This document shows positions 49,003-60,426 of a stretch of 64,000 bases of DNA, piece by piece. This DNA comes from Candidatus Aminicenantes bacterium (GTDB lineage: Bacteria; Acidobacteriota; Aminicenantia; Aminicenantales; JAFGAV01), in the NCBI GenBank assembly GCA_963702835.1, contig OY969762.1:750626-814625 (forward strand), given 5' to 3'. Position 1 is the stretch's first letter, and every line of letters begins with the position of its first letter. The position numbers and the translations under genes are program-made. Under the pieces are notes generated by a model. That model was not told the DNA's origin and made no database searches. It was given only the letters and a program-made list of their open reading frames with translations.

Positions 49003-50202
49003 CTATCCCGCGATAAACCCCTTCCACTTCTCTTCGAGCTTGGGGTCGCGCAGGGTGTCCATCAGGTAGTCGGTGAAGGCCGTTCCCGTGGCGCCCGTCG
49101 GCCGGCCGGTGATGACCAGCTTCTTCTCGTATTGACCGCAGACGTCCAGGGCCATCTCCAGGGCCTTGGATTTGGCCGGGTAGCCGACGTGATTGAGGAG
49201 CATGGCCGCCGCCCGGATCATGGAAGCCGGGTCGGCATACTGGGCCCGTCCTTCCTTGACCATGCGGGGGGCCGAGCCGTGGATGGCCTCGAACATGGCG
49301 TACTGCTTGCCGATGTTGGCCGATCCGGCCGTGCCCACGCCGCCCTGGAACTCGGCCGCCTCGTCGGTCAGGATGTCGCCGTAGAGGTTGGGCAGGACCA
49401 TGACCTGGAAGTCGCGGCGGCGCTTCTCGTCCACCAGCTTGGCGGTCATGATGTCGATGTACCAGTCGTCGGCTTCGATACCCGGGTACTCCTTGGCGAT
49501 GCGGTAGAAGTTTTCCAGGAAGCGCCCGTCGGTCGTTTTGATCACGTTGGCCTTGGTGACGCAGGTCACCCGCCGGCGGCCGGCTTTCTTGGCGTGCTCG
49601 AAGCCCAGCCGGCAGATGCGGTCGGCTCCCGGCGCGCTGATGAGGCGGAAGTCGATGGCGATGTCCTTGTCCACCTCGATCCCGTAGGGGCCCAGGGCGT
49701 ACAGATCCTCGGTGTTCTCCCGGAAGAAGATCCAGTCGATGCCCTGCTTGGGGACTCGAACCGGCCGGACGTTGGCGAACAGGTCGAGCTCCTTGCGCAC
49801 GGCCACGTTGCAGCTCTCGATGTTAGGCCAGGGGTCGCCCTTGCGGGGAGTGGTGGTGGGGCCTTTCAGGGTGACGTGGTACTTCTTGATCTCAGCCAAG
49901 ACGTCGTCCGGGATGGCCTTGTTATGTTTGGCCCGGTTCTCGATGGTCAGGCCTTCGATATCGTTAATACCGACTTTCCCGGCCTTGACCTCGTCCGTGA
50001 GCAGGTACTCCAGCACGCGGCGGGAGTCCTTGGCGATAGTGGGGCCGATGCCGTCGCCGGCCAGGATGCCGATCTTGATGGGCTTGATTCGGCTGTAGTC
50101 GATCCAGTCGGGAGCGCTTTTGACCCGTTCCATGCGTTGCATCTGGATTTCGAGAAGCTTGCCGAAATGTTCCTTGGCCCTGTCAATGGCGGCTTTATCC
50201 AT
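49003..50202 (-). CDS. icd: Isocitrate dehydrogenase (isocitrate/isopropylmalate dehydrogenase family)
   Basis: Family motifs include GDGIGPTI and NLYGDILTDEAAEFQGGVG. Confidence 0.8.
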   Translation of the reverse strand: MDKAAIDRAKEHFGKLLEIQMQRMERVKSAPDWIDYSRIKPIKIGILAGDGIGPTIAKDSRRVLEYLLTDEVKAGKVGINDIEGLTIENRAKHNKAIPDDVLAEIKKYHVTLKGPTTTPRKGDPWPNIESCNVAVRKELDLFANVRPVRVPKQGIDWIFFRENTEDLYALGPYGIEVDKDIAIDFRLISAPGADRICRLGFEHAKKAGRRRVTCVTKANVIKTTDGRFLENFYRIAKEYPGIEADDWYIDIMTAKLVDEKRRRDFQVMVLPNLYGDILTDEAAEFQGGVGTAGSANIGKQYAMFEAIHGSAPRMVKEGRAQYADPASMIRAAAMLLNHVGYPAKSKALEMALDVCGQYEKKLVITGRPTGATGTAFTDYLMDTLRDPKLEEKWKGFIAG

Positions 50203-50413
50203 GCGATGTCTCCCTGTGTTGAAATAGAGATAAGGACAAATGATTCTATCCTCTTTAAGATGAAAAAATCAATATGTTAGCTTTTGGATAGAGGATAGCT
50301 GTCATCTGTTATTTTGATAAAAGGCCCCTTGAGCCTCCACCCGGGCAGGCTTGGCCTCAGGTTGACAGGGGTTCAAGAGCAGTGATACTTTTTATGGCAA
50401 GGAGGGTCGAATC

Positions 50414-50794
50414 ATGAGATTAAAAATCAGCCTGGCCATTTTTTTGTCAGCGAGCCTGGCGGCCTGCATGTTGCTGCCCTATTCAGGCATCACCTACTAT
50501 TCGGGCGCGCCAACCTTCAGCCCGACTTCCTCCGACCAGGTAGAACTGCTCCGTGACGCGCCTTACAAAGCGAATGTTCAGCTCGGAGAAGTATGGGTCA
50601 GGCCGGAACCGAGCTGGAGCCCGGCCTATGTCGAAACCCAATTGAAACAGAAAGCCGCTTCCCTGGGAGCCAACGCCGTGGTCATCGTCTTTGATCAATA
50701 TTTCTCAAATGGGCGGGTGGTAGCCGGCTTTGGACAGGGCCCCCGTGTCTCTCCTCCCAACGGCGTCACGGGCGTCGCTATCCGGTATCAATAA
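50414..50794 (+). CDS. Small lipoprotein (lipobox LAAC), function unknown
   Basis: A signal peptide with Cys is present (MRLKISLAIFLSASLAAC). Confidence 0.45.
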   Translation: MRLKISLAIFLSASLAACMLLPYSGITYYSGAPTFSPTSSDQVELLRDAPYKANVQLGEVWVRPEPSWSPAYVETQLKQKAASLGANAVVIVFDQYFSNGRVVAGFGQGPRVSPPNGVTGVAIRYQ

Positions 50795-50945
50795 AAAAAT
50801 AAAAAAAATCTATCTTATTTCCTTTTTTTAAAATAGGGGCGGAAGTCGGAAATCGCCTAGGCCTCGCCTTCCTTTCCCTATCCCTTTTGACAAGCAGGGG
50901 CATCTTTATTAGTATGACGGAGAAATCATTTTAGGGAGACCCATC

Positions 50946-53486
50946 ATGCTGGAATCATACTTCAAGCACGAGGAAGAGCGTAAAGCGCTTGGTATCCCGC
51001 CCCTGCCGTTAAATCCCGAGCAAACCGCCGAGGTCTGCCAGAATCTAGAGAATCCTCCCCAGGATAAAAAAGAGGTCCTTCTGCATCTTATCCGAAGCCG
51101 CGTTTCGCCGGGTGTGGACCCCGCGGCCGAGGTCAAGGCTGCTTGGCTGGCCAAGGTGGCCAGGGGAGAGGCGAAGTCGCCCGCCATCTCCAGGGAAGAG
51201 GCCATCCGCCTGCTGGGGACGATGCTGGGCGGGTTTAATGTCGGGCCCCTGGTCGCCTTACTCGAAGATAAGGCCCTGGCCCCCAAAGCGGCCGAAGCCC
51301 TCAAGTCCATCATCCTGGTCTACGGCGCTTTCGACACAGTCATGTCTTTGGCCAAGACGAACGCGGCGGCCAAGGCGGTCCTCGAGTCCTGGGCGGCGGG
51401 GGAGTGGTTTCTGTCCAGGCCGGCGCTGGCCGAATCCCTCACCCTGAAAGTCTTCAAGGTGGACGGCGAGATCAACACCGATGATTTCTCGCCGGCCAAA
51501 CATGCCTCCACCCGGCCCGACATCCCTCTCCATGCCCTGTCCATGGGCGAGACGCGCTTCGCCGGCGGGTGGAAGACCATCGCCCAATTCCGGGCCGAAG
51601 GCCTTAAGGTCATGTTCGTGGGCGACGTGGTGGGAACGGGGTCTTCACGGAAGTCGGCCACCAACTCCCTCATGTGGCATATCGGTGAGGATATCCCCTT
51701 TGTCCCCAACAAGCGCCGGGGGGGCGTTGTTCTGGGCGGGCTGATCGCTCCGATTTTTTTCAACACGGTCGAGGATTCCGGGGGCCTGCCCCTGATGGGA
51801 GACGTCCAGAATTTCAAGACGGGAGACGTCGTCATCCTCGACGCCAAGAACAAGCGGATCAAGGACGACTCCGGCAAAATGTTGTGCTCCTTCGAGTTCA
51901 AGCCGGCTACCATCAAGGATGAGTTCCGGGCCGGCGGCCGCCTCAACCTCATCATCGGCCGGGCCCTGACCAACAGAGCGCGCGCCGCGCTCGGCCGGCC
52001 TGAGGCGGATTTCTTCGCCAAGCTGGAGACCCCTGTGCCAAAGCCGGGGCAGGGATACACGCAAGCGCAGAAGATCGTGGGCCGAGCCTGCGGAGGAGCG
52101 GGCATTCTTCCCGGGTCGGCCTGCGAGCCCAAGATAACCACGGTCGGCTCCCAGGACACGACCGGCCCCATGACCGCCGACGAGCTCAAGGAGCTGGCCT
52201 GCCTCGAATTTCAGGCCGAGCTATTCATGCAGTCTTTCTGCCACACGGCGGCATATCCCAAGCCGCCCGACGTCAAGATGCACAAAAGCCTTCCCCAGTT
52301 TATAACCGCCCGCAAGGGCGTAGCCCTTAAACCCGGCGACGGCGTCATCCATTCCTGGCTGAACCGGCTCATCCTGCCCGACACCATGGGCACCGGAGGC
52401 GATTCGCATACCCGCTTCCCCATGGGGCTGAGCTTCCCGGCCGGCTCCGGGCTGGTGGCCTTTGCCGGCGCCCTGGGCTTCATGCCCCTGGACATGCCCG
52501 AGTCGGTGCTGGTGCGTTTCAAGGGAAAGCGCCAGCCCGGGATCACCATCCGCGACCTGGTCAACGCCATTCCTTATTTTGCCATCAAGAGGGGCTTGCT
52601 GACCGTGGCCAAGAAGGGCAAGAAGAATATCTTCAACGGCCGGATCCTGGAAATGGAAGGCCTGCCCGACCTGGCCGTGGACCAGGCTTATGAGCTAACG
52701 GATGCCTCGGCCGAGCGTTCGGCCGCGGCCGGCGTCATAGCCCTCGGCGTCGCCCAGGTGGCCAAGTATCTCCGCAGCAACATGGCCTTGATGAACAAGA
52801 TGATCGAATCCGGATACCGGGACGCCGAAACGCTCCGGCGCCGGATGGCCGCCTGCCAGAAATGGCTGGACAAACCCTCGCTCCTTGAGCCTGATAAGAA
52901 CGCCGAATATGCGGCCGTGCTGGAGATCGACTTGGCCGAAATCAAGGAACCCATCCTGGCCTGCCCCAACGATCCGGACGACGTGAAGCTCTTGTCCGAG
53001 GTGGCCGGGGACAAGATCGACGAAGTCTTCATCGGCTCCTGTATGGTCAACATCGCGCATTTCCGGGCGGCCGGAAAAATTTTCGACAAGGCCGGCTATC
53101 CCCCCACGCGCATCTGGCTCACCCCGCCGACGAAGATGGATGAAATCCAGCTCAAGAAGGAAGGCTACTACAGCATCTATTCCCAAGTCGGAGCGCGGAC
53201 CGAAATCCCGGGCTGCTCCCTGTGCATGGGCAACCAGGCCCGCGTCCGGCCCGGCGCGACGATCCTCTCAACCTCCACCCGCAACTTCGACGACCGGATG
53301 GGCGACGGGGCGCGGGTTTACCTTGGGTCGGCAGTCCTGGCGGCCGTGGCAGCGCTCAAGGGCCGGCTGCCGACCTTAGCCGAGTACTTGGCGGTGATGA
53401 AGGAAAAGGTCGAGCCGGCCAGCGCCGACATCCATCGCTATTTGTATTTTGATGAGATGAAGGATTTTTCCCTGAGCTATGCCTAG
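50946..53486 (+). CDS. acnB: Bifunctional aconitate hydratase 2 / 2-methylisocitrate dehydratase
   Basis: The 846-aa AcnB has its characteristic N-terminal HEAT-like domain, and the Fe-S cysteine ligands lie in conserved contexts (…[11 protein letters not shown]…, …GSCMVN…, …[14 protein letters not shown]…). Confidence 0.9.
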   Translation: MLESYFKHEEERKALGIPPLPLNPEQTAEVCQNLENPPQDKKEVLLHLIRSRVSPGVDPAAEVKAAWLAKVARGEAKSPAISREEAIRLLGTMLGGFNVGPLVALLEDKALAPKAAEALKSIILVYGAFDTVMSLAKTNAAAKAVLESWAAGEWFLSRPALAESLTLKVFKVDGEINTDDFSPAKHASTRPDIPLHALSMGETRFAGGWKTIAQFRAEGLKVMFVGDVVGTGSSRKSATNSLMWHIGEDIPFVPNKRRGGVVLGGLIAPIFFNTVEDSGGLPLMGDVQNFKTGDVVILDAKNKRIKDDSGKMLCSFEFKPATIKDEFRAGGRLNLIIGRALTNRARAALGRPEADFFAKLETPVPKPGQGYTQAQKIVGRACGGAGILPGSACEPKITTVGSQDTTGPMTADELKELACLEFQAELFMQSFCHTAAYPKPPDVKMHKSLPQFITARKGVALKPGDGVIHSWLNRLILPDTMGTGGDSHTRFPMGLSFPAGSGLVAFAGALGFMPLDMPESVLVRFKGKRQPGITIRDLVNAIPYFAIKRGLLTVAKKGKKNIFNGRILEMEGLPDLAVDQAYELTDASAERSAAAGVIALGVAQVAKYLRSNMALMNKMIESGYRDAETLRRRMAACQKWLDKPSLLEPDKNAEYAAVLEIDLAEIKEPILACPNDPDDVKLLSEVAGDKIDEVFIGSCMVNIAHFRAAGKIFDKAGYPPTRIWLTPPTKMDEIQLKKEGYYSIYSQVGARTEIPGCSLCMGNQARVRPGATILSTSTRNFDDRMGDGARVYLGSAVLAAVAALKGRLPTLAEYLAVMKEKVEPASADIHRYLYFDEMKDFSLSYA

Positions 53487-53504
53487 GGGCAATAAGGAGA
53501 GAAG

Positions 53505-54263
53505 ATGATCTCTTTATCCGGACGAAAGGCGCTCATCACCGGCGGGTCGAGGGGGATTGGCCGGGCTACGGCCATCCTGCTGGCCAAGGCCGGAGCGGAC
53601 GTGGCCATCAATTTTGTCCACAGGCCGGACGCGGCGGAAGAAGTCAGGACGGCCGTGGAAGCCTTGGGGCGTGAATGTTTGGTGGTGAAAGCGGATCTAT
53701 CCCGCGAGGAAGAAGCCCGGAAACTGGTCGTGGCCGCGGTTGAAAAATGGAGGCGCATCGATATCTTGGTCAACAGCGCCGGCATCTGGACCTACGGGGA
53801 GATGGGGGTCATCGATGCCGCGGTCTGGAACGAGACGATGCGCCTCAACCTCGACGGCGTCTTCCATGCGAGCAACGCCGTCATCCCCTTGATGAAAGCC
53901 CAGATGTGGGGACGGATTATCATTGTCTCCTCCACCGCCGCGGTGAGGGGCGAGGCCTTCCACTCCCACTACGCGGCCAGCAAGGCCGCCCTCCATGGTC
54001 TGGCCAAATCCTGGGCACCGGAGCTGGCCGCCTATAATATCCTGGTCAACTGCGTAGCGCCCGGCTGGGTGGACACCGATATGTGCGCTGAAGTCTTCCG
54101 AAACGCCGAGTTCCGGAGGAGGGTAGAGGAATCCATCCCCTTGAAACGGATCCCGCCTCCCGAGGATATCGCCGGCCCCATACTCTTCCTGGCTTCCGAA
54201 TTGGCTCGGCACATTACCGGCACCATCATCCACGTCAACGGCGGCGCGGTCCTGTGCGGCTGA
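53505..54263 (+). CDS. SDR family oxidoreductase (3-oxoacyl-ACP reductase-like)
   Basis: The cofactor site is TGGSRGIGRA, the NSAG motif is present, and the catalytic YAASKAA (YxxxK) is intact. Confidence 0.8.
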   Translation: MISLSGRKALITGGSRGIGRATAILLAKAGADVAINFVHRPDAAEEVRTAVEALGRECLVVKADLSREEEARKLVVAAVEKWRRIDILVNSAGIWTYGEMGVIDAAVWNETMRLNLDGVFHASNAVIPLMKAQMWGRIIIVSSTAAVRGEAFHSHYAASKAALHGLAKSWAPELAAYNILVNCVAPGWVDTDMCAEVFRNAEFRRRVEESIPLKRIPPPEDIAGPILFLASELARHITGTIIHVNGGAVLCG

Positions 54264-54288
54264 GGTAGGGCTGACCCCTTTCTCTCCT

Positions 54289-55134
54289 CTACAAACTCGG
54301 GCTCGAGTGCGGCCGGCATTGCTCCGAACGGCAAAAAGTGTTGTTGCCTTCGTTAGTCTCGCTGATGAGGTGGGTTGCATCCACGGTGGCGCAGACGTTG
54401 TAATTGCGAAAACTCGTCGAGGCGGGACAACGCCATCCCGTGCCAACCACCGTCGCACCCCCGGCCTTGTGGAAGTCCTGGCCAGGGAAGTCGGGGATGA
54501 GGATGCTGTCCATGTTGATGGTGTCGACAACGATGCCTTCTACGGAGACGCTGAGAACCCCGCCCGGAGGGACGACCCCCGGCCCATTGTTCTTGATGCA
54601 GACCGCCAGGGCATACTCCCGGTCATCGATAAAGAAGTTGACGACCTGGAGGTCGGGAAGCGGCCCCGTGCTGCGGCAAGTCAGGCTTTTCTTTTTAGAG
54701 TTGTTCGTTTCATTGGCTTCCGACAGCTTGTTATGAAGGTCAACCACGGCGGACACCTCAGCCGTCCCGCTGATTTTAAGGGTACTCGTATAGACAGCTT
54801 GGCCCGTTGTCTGGAGGGATTTCCTCGGATCGAACTTCCAAATAGATTCTCCTCCCCAGCCACTTCTCCGCAGAGAAAGGTACACCCCCGGGCTCTCGGG
54901 CGAGTGGACTGTCCAGAGAGAGTCGGGCAGGCGACCCGGCCCGATGTTCTTGACCCGGACCACAACACAACATTGTTGGTTCAGATAAATATCGTCCACG
55001 ATGAGGTCGGGCAACAGCATCGGGGTTTTCTGAACCGAAGAGCCCTCCGGCGGCCGGCCGCTGAGGGCGGCGGCGGAAAGGACGCCTATGGCCGCCAGAA
55101 TACAAAGGCCGGACAATACCCGGATTGATTTCAT
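54289..55134 (-). CDS. CARDB domain-containing secreted protein (two CARDB-like repeats)
   Basis: A signal peptide is present. The repeats are LPDLIVDDIY...VRVKNIGPG and LPDLQVVNFF...CIKNNGPG, with ETNEGNN endings. Confidence 0.55.
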   Translation of the reverse strand: MKSIRVLSGLCILAAIGVLSAAALSGRPPEGSSVQKTPMLLPDLIVDDIYLNQQCCVVVRVKNIGPGRLPDSLWTVHSPESPGVYLSLRRSGWGGESIWKFDPRKSLQTTGQAVYTSTLKISGTAEVSAVVDLHNKLSEANETNNSKKKSLTCRSTGPLPDLQVVNFFIDDREYALAVCIKNNGPGVVPPGGVLSVSVEGIVVDTINMDSILIPDFPGQDFHKAGGATVVGTGWRCPASTSFRNYNVCATVDATHLISETNEGNNTFCRSEQCRPHSSPSL

Positions 55135-55349
55135 GAATTCACCTCCTGGATTGATTGCGGCCAAGCCGTAAAACTTGAAATGATGATTCGCCGGGCTCAT
55201 AAATCCGCTTGTTCTTGACTATAGGTGTGGCCGGCTGGGAAGTCAAGCGCAGACCGGGCCGGCCAATAAAAATTTGGCAGGGGAGACAGATATCTTGTCT
55301 TTGGCTCCTCTTTCTGCTATTTAATAACTATCATGAATACGGAGGAAGG

Positions 55350-55613
55350 ATGATGGAAGAAGAAATCGGACACATCTCGCATTATTTTTCCAAGATCAGC
55401 GTGGCCGTCATCGAGATCACGGCCGGCAGCCTCAAGGTGGGGGACACCATTCATGTCAAGGGCCACACCAGTGATTTCACCCAACAGGTGGAGTCGCTCC
55501 AGCAGGAGCACCAATCGATCCCCCAGGCCGGGAAGGGCAGCTCGGTGGGCCTGAAGGTGAAGTCTCCGGTCCATGACCATGACCTGGTTTTCAAGGTCAA
55601 GCCGGAGGTCTGA
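55350..55613 (+). CDS. Small translation-elongation-factor-like protein (EF-Tu domain-2-like beta-barrel)
   Basis: RBS ggagga. The sequence IGHISHYFSKISVAVIEITAGSLKVGDTIHVKGHTSDFTQQVESLQQEHQSIPQAGKGSSVGLKV is about 88 aa. Confidence 0.45.
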   Translation: MMEEEIGHISHYFSKISVAVIEITAGSLKVGDTIHVKGHTSDFTQQVESLQQEHQSIPQAGKGSSVGLKVKSPVHDHDLVFKVKPEV

Positions 55614-55673
55614 GCCTGGGGCTGAAGCCGGACCGGATATCTGCGATTTTGTGCGGCGGCAAGGAGGTCTCTA

Positions 55674-57780
<2,107 letters not shown>

Positions 57781-57817
57781 CAGCGTTTTTTATTTTATGG
57801 TATGCAAGTAAAAAATC

Positions 57818-58708
57818 ATGGGTAAGAGAGCTTTTTCGCTAATCATCGTTCCCCATTCCCAGGCCGCATCCCGGTCTCTGTCCATCTCCAAAAAACTGAT
57901 GAAGATGGCCCTGGGCGGGGCGGGCTTCCTGTTCGTCCTGTCCTGCGTCCTGCTGGTGGATTATTTCTCCATGGGCCAGGTCCGGGCCAAATACCGGAAA
58001 TTGTTGAAAGAAAGCGCTGTCCAGAAAGCCACTTTGGAAGAATACAAGACCGGCATGGACCGCCTCCAGCATACTGTGGAGAACTTTGAAGTGTACGCCA
58101 AGAAGCTGAATATCATGGCCGGGCTGAAGGCGCCGGGGATATCCGAGGTGGGCATCGGCGACGGCACGATCGGGCCGAACGTTCAGGCCCTCAGCGCTCC
58201 TCCCCAGGATTTATCCCTGCCGGCCATGCAGCAGATCGGCCAGAAAGCCGAGGTCCTGGAGAAAAACCTGAACACGCTGGTCAATTTCTTCGAGAACCAG
58301 AACGCCCGGCTGGCCTGCACCCCCACCATTTGGCCGACCATGGGCTGGGTGACCTCGGGCTTCGGCCCACGGACCGACCCCTTCACCGGCAAGCCCGCCT
58401 TTCATTACGGTTTGGATATTGCCACCAACCTGGGCAACCCCGTGTATGCCACGGCCGATGGAACGGTCATTCAGATCAAGATTGATAAAATAAGCGGCAA
58501 GGCCATTCTCATCAATCACGGAAACAACGTGGCCAGCGGCTATCTCCACCTGGATAAATTCCTGGTGAGGGAAGGGCAAAAGGTCCGGCGCGGCGACGTC
58601 ATCGGTTTGGTGGGCCGCACGGGAAAAGCCCTGGGCCCGCACCTCCATTACGAAATCTGGATCAATGGAATCCACCAGAACCCCTATCATTACATCCTGG
58701 AAGAGTAG
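57818..58708 (+). CDS. M23 family metallopeptidase (membrane-anchored)
   Basis: An N-terminal TM is followed by a coiled coil. The M23 motifs read FHYGLDIA...TADGTV...HGNNVASGYLHL...GPHLHYEIWING. Confidence 0.8.
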   Translation: MGKRAFSLIIVPHSQAASRSLSISKKLMKMALGGAGFLFVLSCVLLVDYFSMGQVRAKYRKLLKESAVQKATLEEYKTGMDRLQHTVENFEVYAKKLNIMAGLKAPGISEVGIGDGTIGPNVQALSAPPQDLSLPAMQQIGQKAEVLEKNLNTLVNFFENQNARLACTPTIWPTMGWVTSGFGPRTDPFTGKPAFHYGLDIATNLGNPVYATADGTVIQIKIDKISGKAILINHGNNVASGYLHLDKFLVREGQKVRRGDVIGLVGRTGKALGPHLHYEIWINGIHQNPYHYILEE

Positions 58709-58725
58709 ACGCAGATTCTTCCGGG

Positions 58726-59659
58726 CTAGAACTCAAACCGGAGGCCGCTCCCCAGTCTGGCTCCCAAGGAAAATTCATATCCGCTCATAGGCTTCCCATT
58801 TTCCGGCTGAAGCCTGGCGATGAGATAGCTCCCCTGTCCGCATTGGACCGTGATCCCGGCCCGGTCGACGGCCAAGACTGTTCCCGGAGGCTGAGGAGGT
58901 TCCGGCCCGGACAAGCCGCGGCCCTCCAGGAATCTTGAGCCGCCGCTCCTGGAGCCGGCTGAAAGCCGAAGGCCAGGGCGTGAAGGCCCGCACGCGTCGC
59001 CCGACCTCCTCGGCGGCCAGACGCCAGTCCAGACGCCCGTCGTCTTTTTTGAGCTTGGGCGCATAGGTGGCCAGGGAATGGTCCTGGGGCCGGCGGGTTA
59101 TGGTTTCCAGCCGGTCGAGGGTCGAGAGCAACAGCCTGGCGCCCAGGACGGCCAGGCGGCTCTCCAATTCCCGGGCATTCTCCTCGGCCCGGATGTCGGT
59201 CTCCGTTTGAGCCAGAATATCGCCCTCATCCATTTTTTCATTCAGCTCGATAATGGTCACTCCGGTACGGGTTTCTCCGCTGAAGATGCTCCAGGCCACG
59301 GGGGAAGCGCCCCGGTACTTGGGCAGCAGAGAGAAATGGACGTTGAGAGTGTGGCGGCGGGGCAAATAGATGATATCCGCGGGGATGATCTGGCCGTAGG
59401 CCACCACGATCTGAATTTCGGGCTGGAGGAGGGCCAGCCGCTCCACGACCTCCGGAGCTTTGCGGATTTTTTCCGGCTGGAGGAGGGGAATTTTTTTTTC
59501 GAGGGCAAATCGTTTGACCGGGCAGGGCGTCAGGGCTTTGCCCCGGCCGGCCGGTTTGTCCGGCTGGGTGATGACCAGGCTGACGCTGTGGCCGGCCGCC
59601 AAGAGGCTGTTCAGGGACGGAAGGGCGGCCTCCGGGCTGCCGATAAAAACAATCTTCAT
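58726..59659 (-). CDS. fmt: Methionyl-tRNA formyltransferase; 1-bp frameshift near 58935 as sequenced
   Basis: The N-terminal ORF (MKIVFIGSPEAAL...HNVHFSLLPKYRGASPV...) and the C-terminal ORF (…PGTVLAVDRAGITVQCGQGSYLIARLQPENGKPMSGYEF…) join if one C is removed at ...AAGATTCCTGGAGG... Confidence 0.85.
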
Positions 59660-60226
59660 CGGGCTGGGGAGGTCTCCAATCCTTTCTTGAGCTTCCGCTT
59701 GAGAAGCTGCCGCTTGAGAGGAGATAGGCGGTCGATGAACAACTTGCCGTTGAGATGATCGATCTCATGGCAGAAGACCCGGGCCAATATTTCCGTAGCC
59801 TCATAGGTCCTTTCCCGGCCTTCCAGGTCCAGCCCCTTGACCTCCACCCGAGCGGGGCGGGTCACGTTCTCATATATTCCGGGAACGGACAGGCAGCCCT
59901 CCTCGGCAATGATCTCGCCCTCTTTGTCCATAATCTCCGGGTTGACTAAAATGATCAGATCCTGGCCGTTTTTGCCCACAGACAAATCCACGGTGATCAG
60001 CCTGCGGCTGACATCGACCTGGGGCGCGGACAGCCCGAGGCCGGGGCGCCTGGTGCATGGTCTCCACCATATCCCGGGCCAGCTCGACGATGAAGGCGTC
60101 GATATCGCGGATGGGTTCGGCCACTTCCGACAAGGATTTATAGCCGAAGGTTTTAATCGGGCGAATCGCCACGTTGTTCCTCGTTTCTATTCTAGGGGAA
60201 AGGGATGATGAATTCAAATTTTCCAT
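59656..60226 (-). CDS. def: Peptide deformylase; 1-bp frameshift near 60050 as sequenced
   Basis: The N-terminal frame reads IRPIKTFGYKSLSEVAEPIRDIDAFIVELARDMVETMHQAP. The C-terminal frame reads ...GEIIAEEGCLSVPG...HEIDHLNG (the HEXXH and EGCLS Def motifs). Confidence 0.8.
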
Positions 60227-60426
60227 AAAAAGAGAAAGGGGACAGGTCAGGCACGGACCTGTCCCCCGTTCGTTTGCGACTTAAATGATCGCTGAAGGCG
60301 GGGGCGGCTCGTCCGGCCGGCCGGCTTTGCGCAGCGGGATGACCACCAGGTACAAAGCCATCAGCACCAAAACTCCCAGGCCGACCCCATAAGAGGGATT
60401 GGCAAGAAGCTTGGGGATCTGGACAT

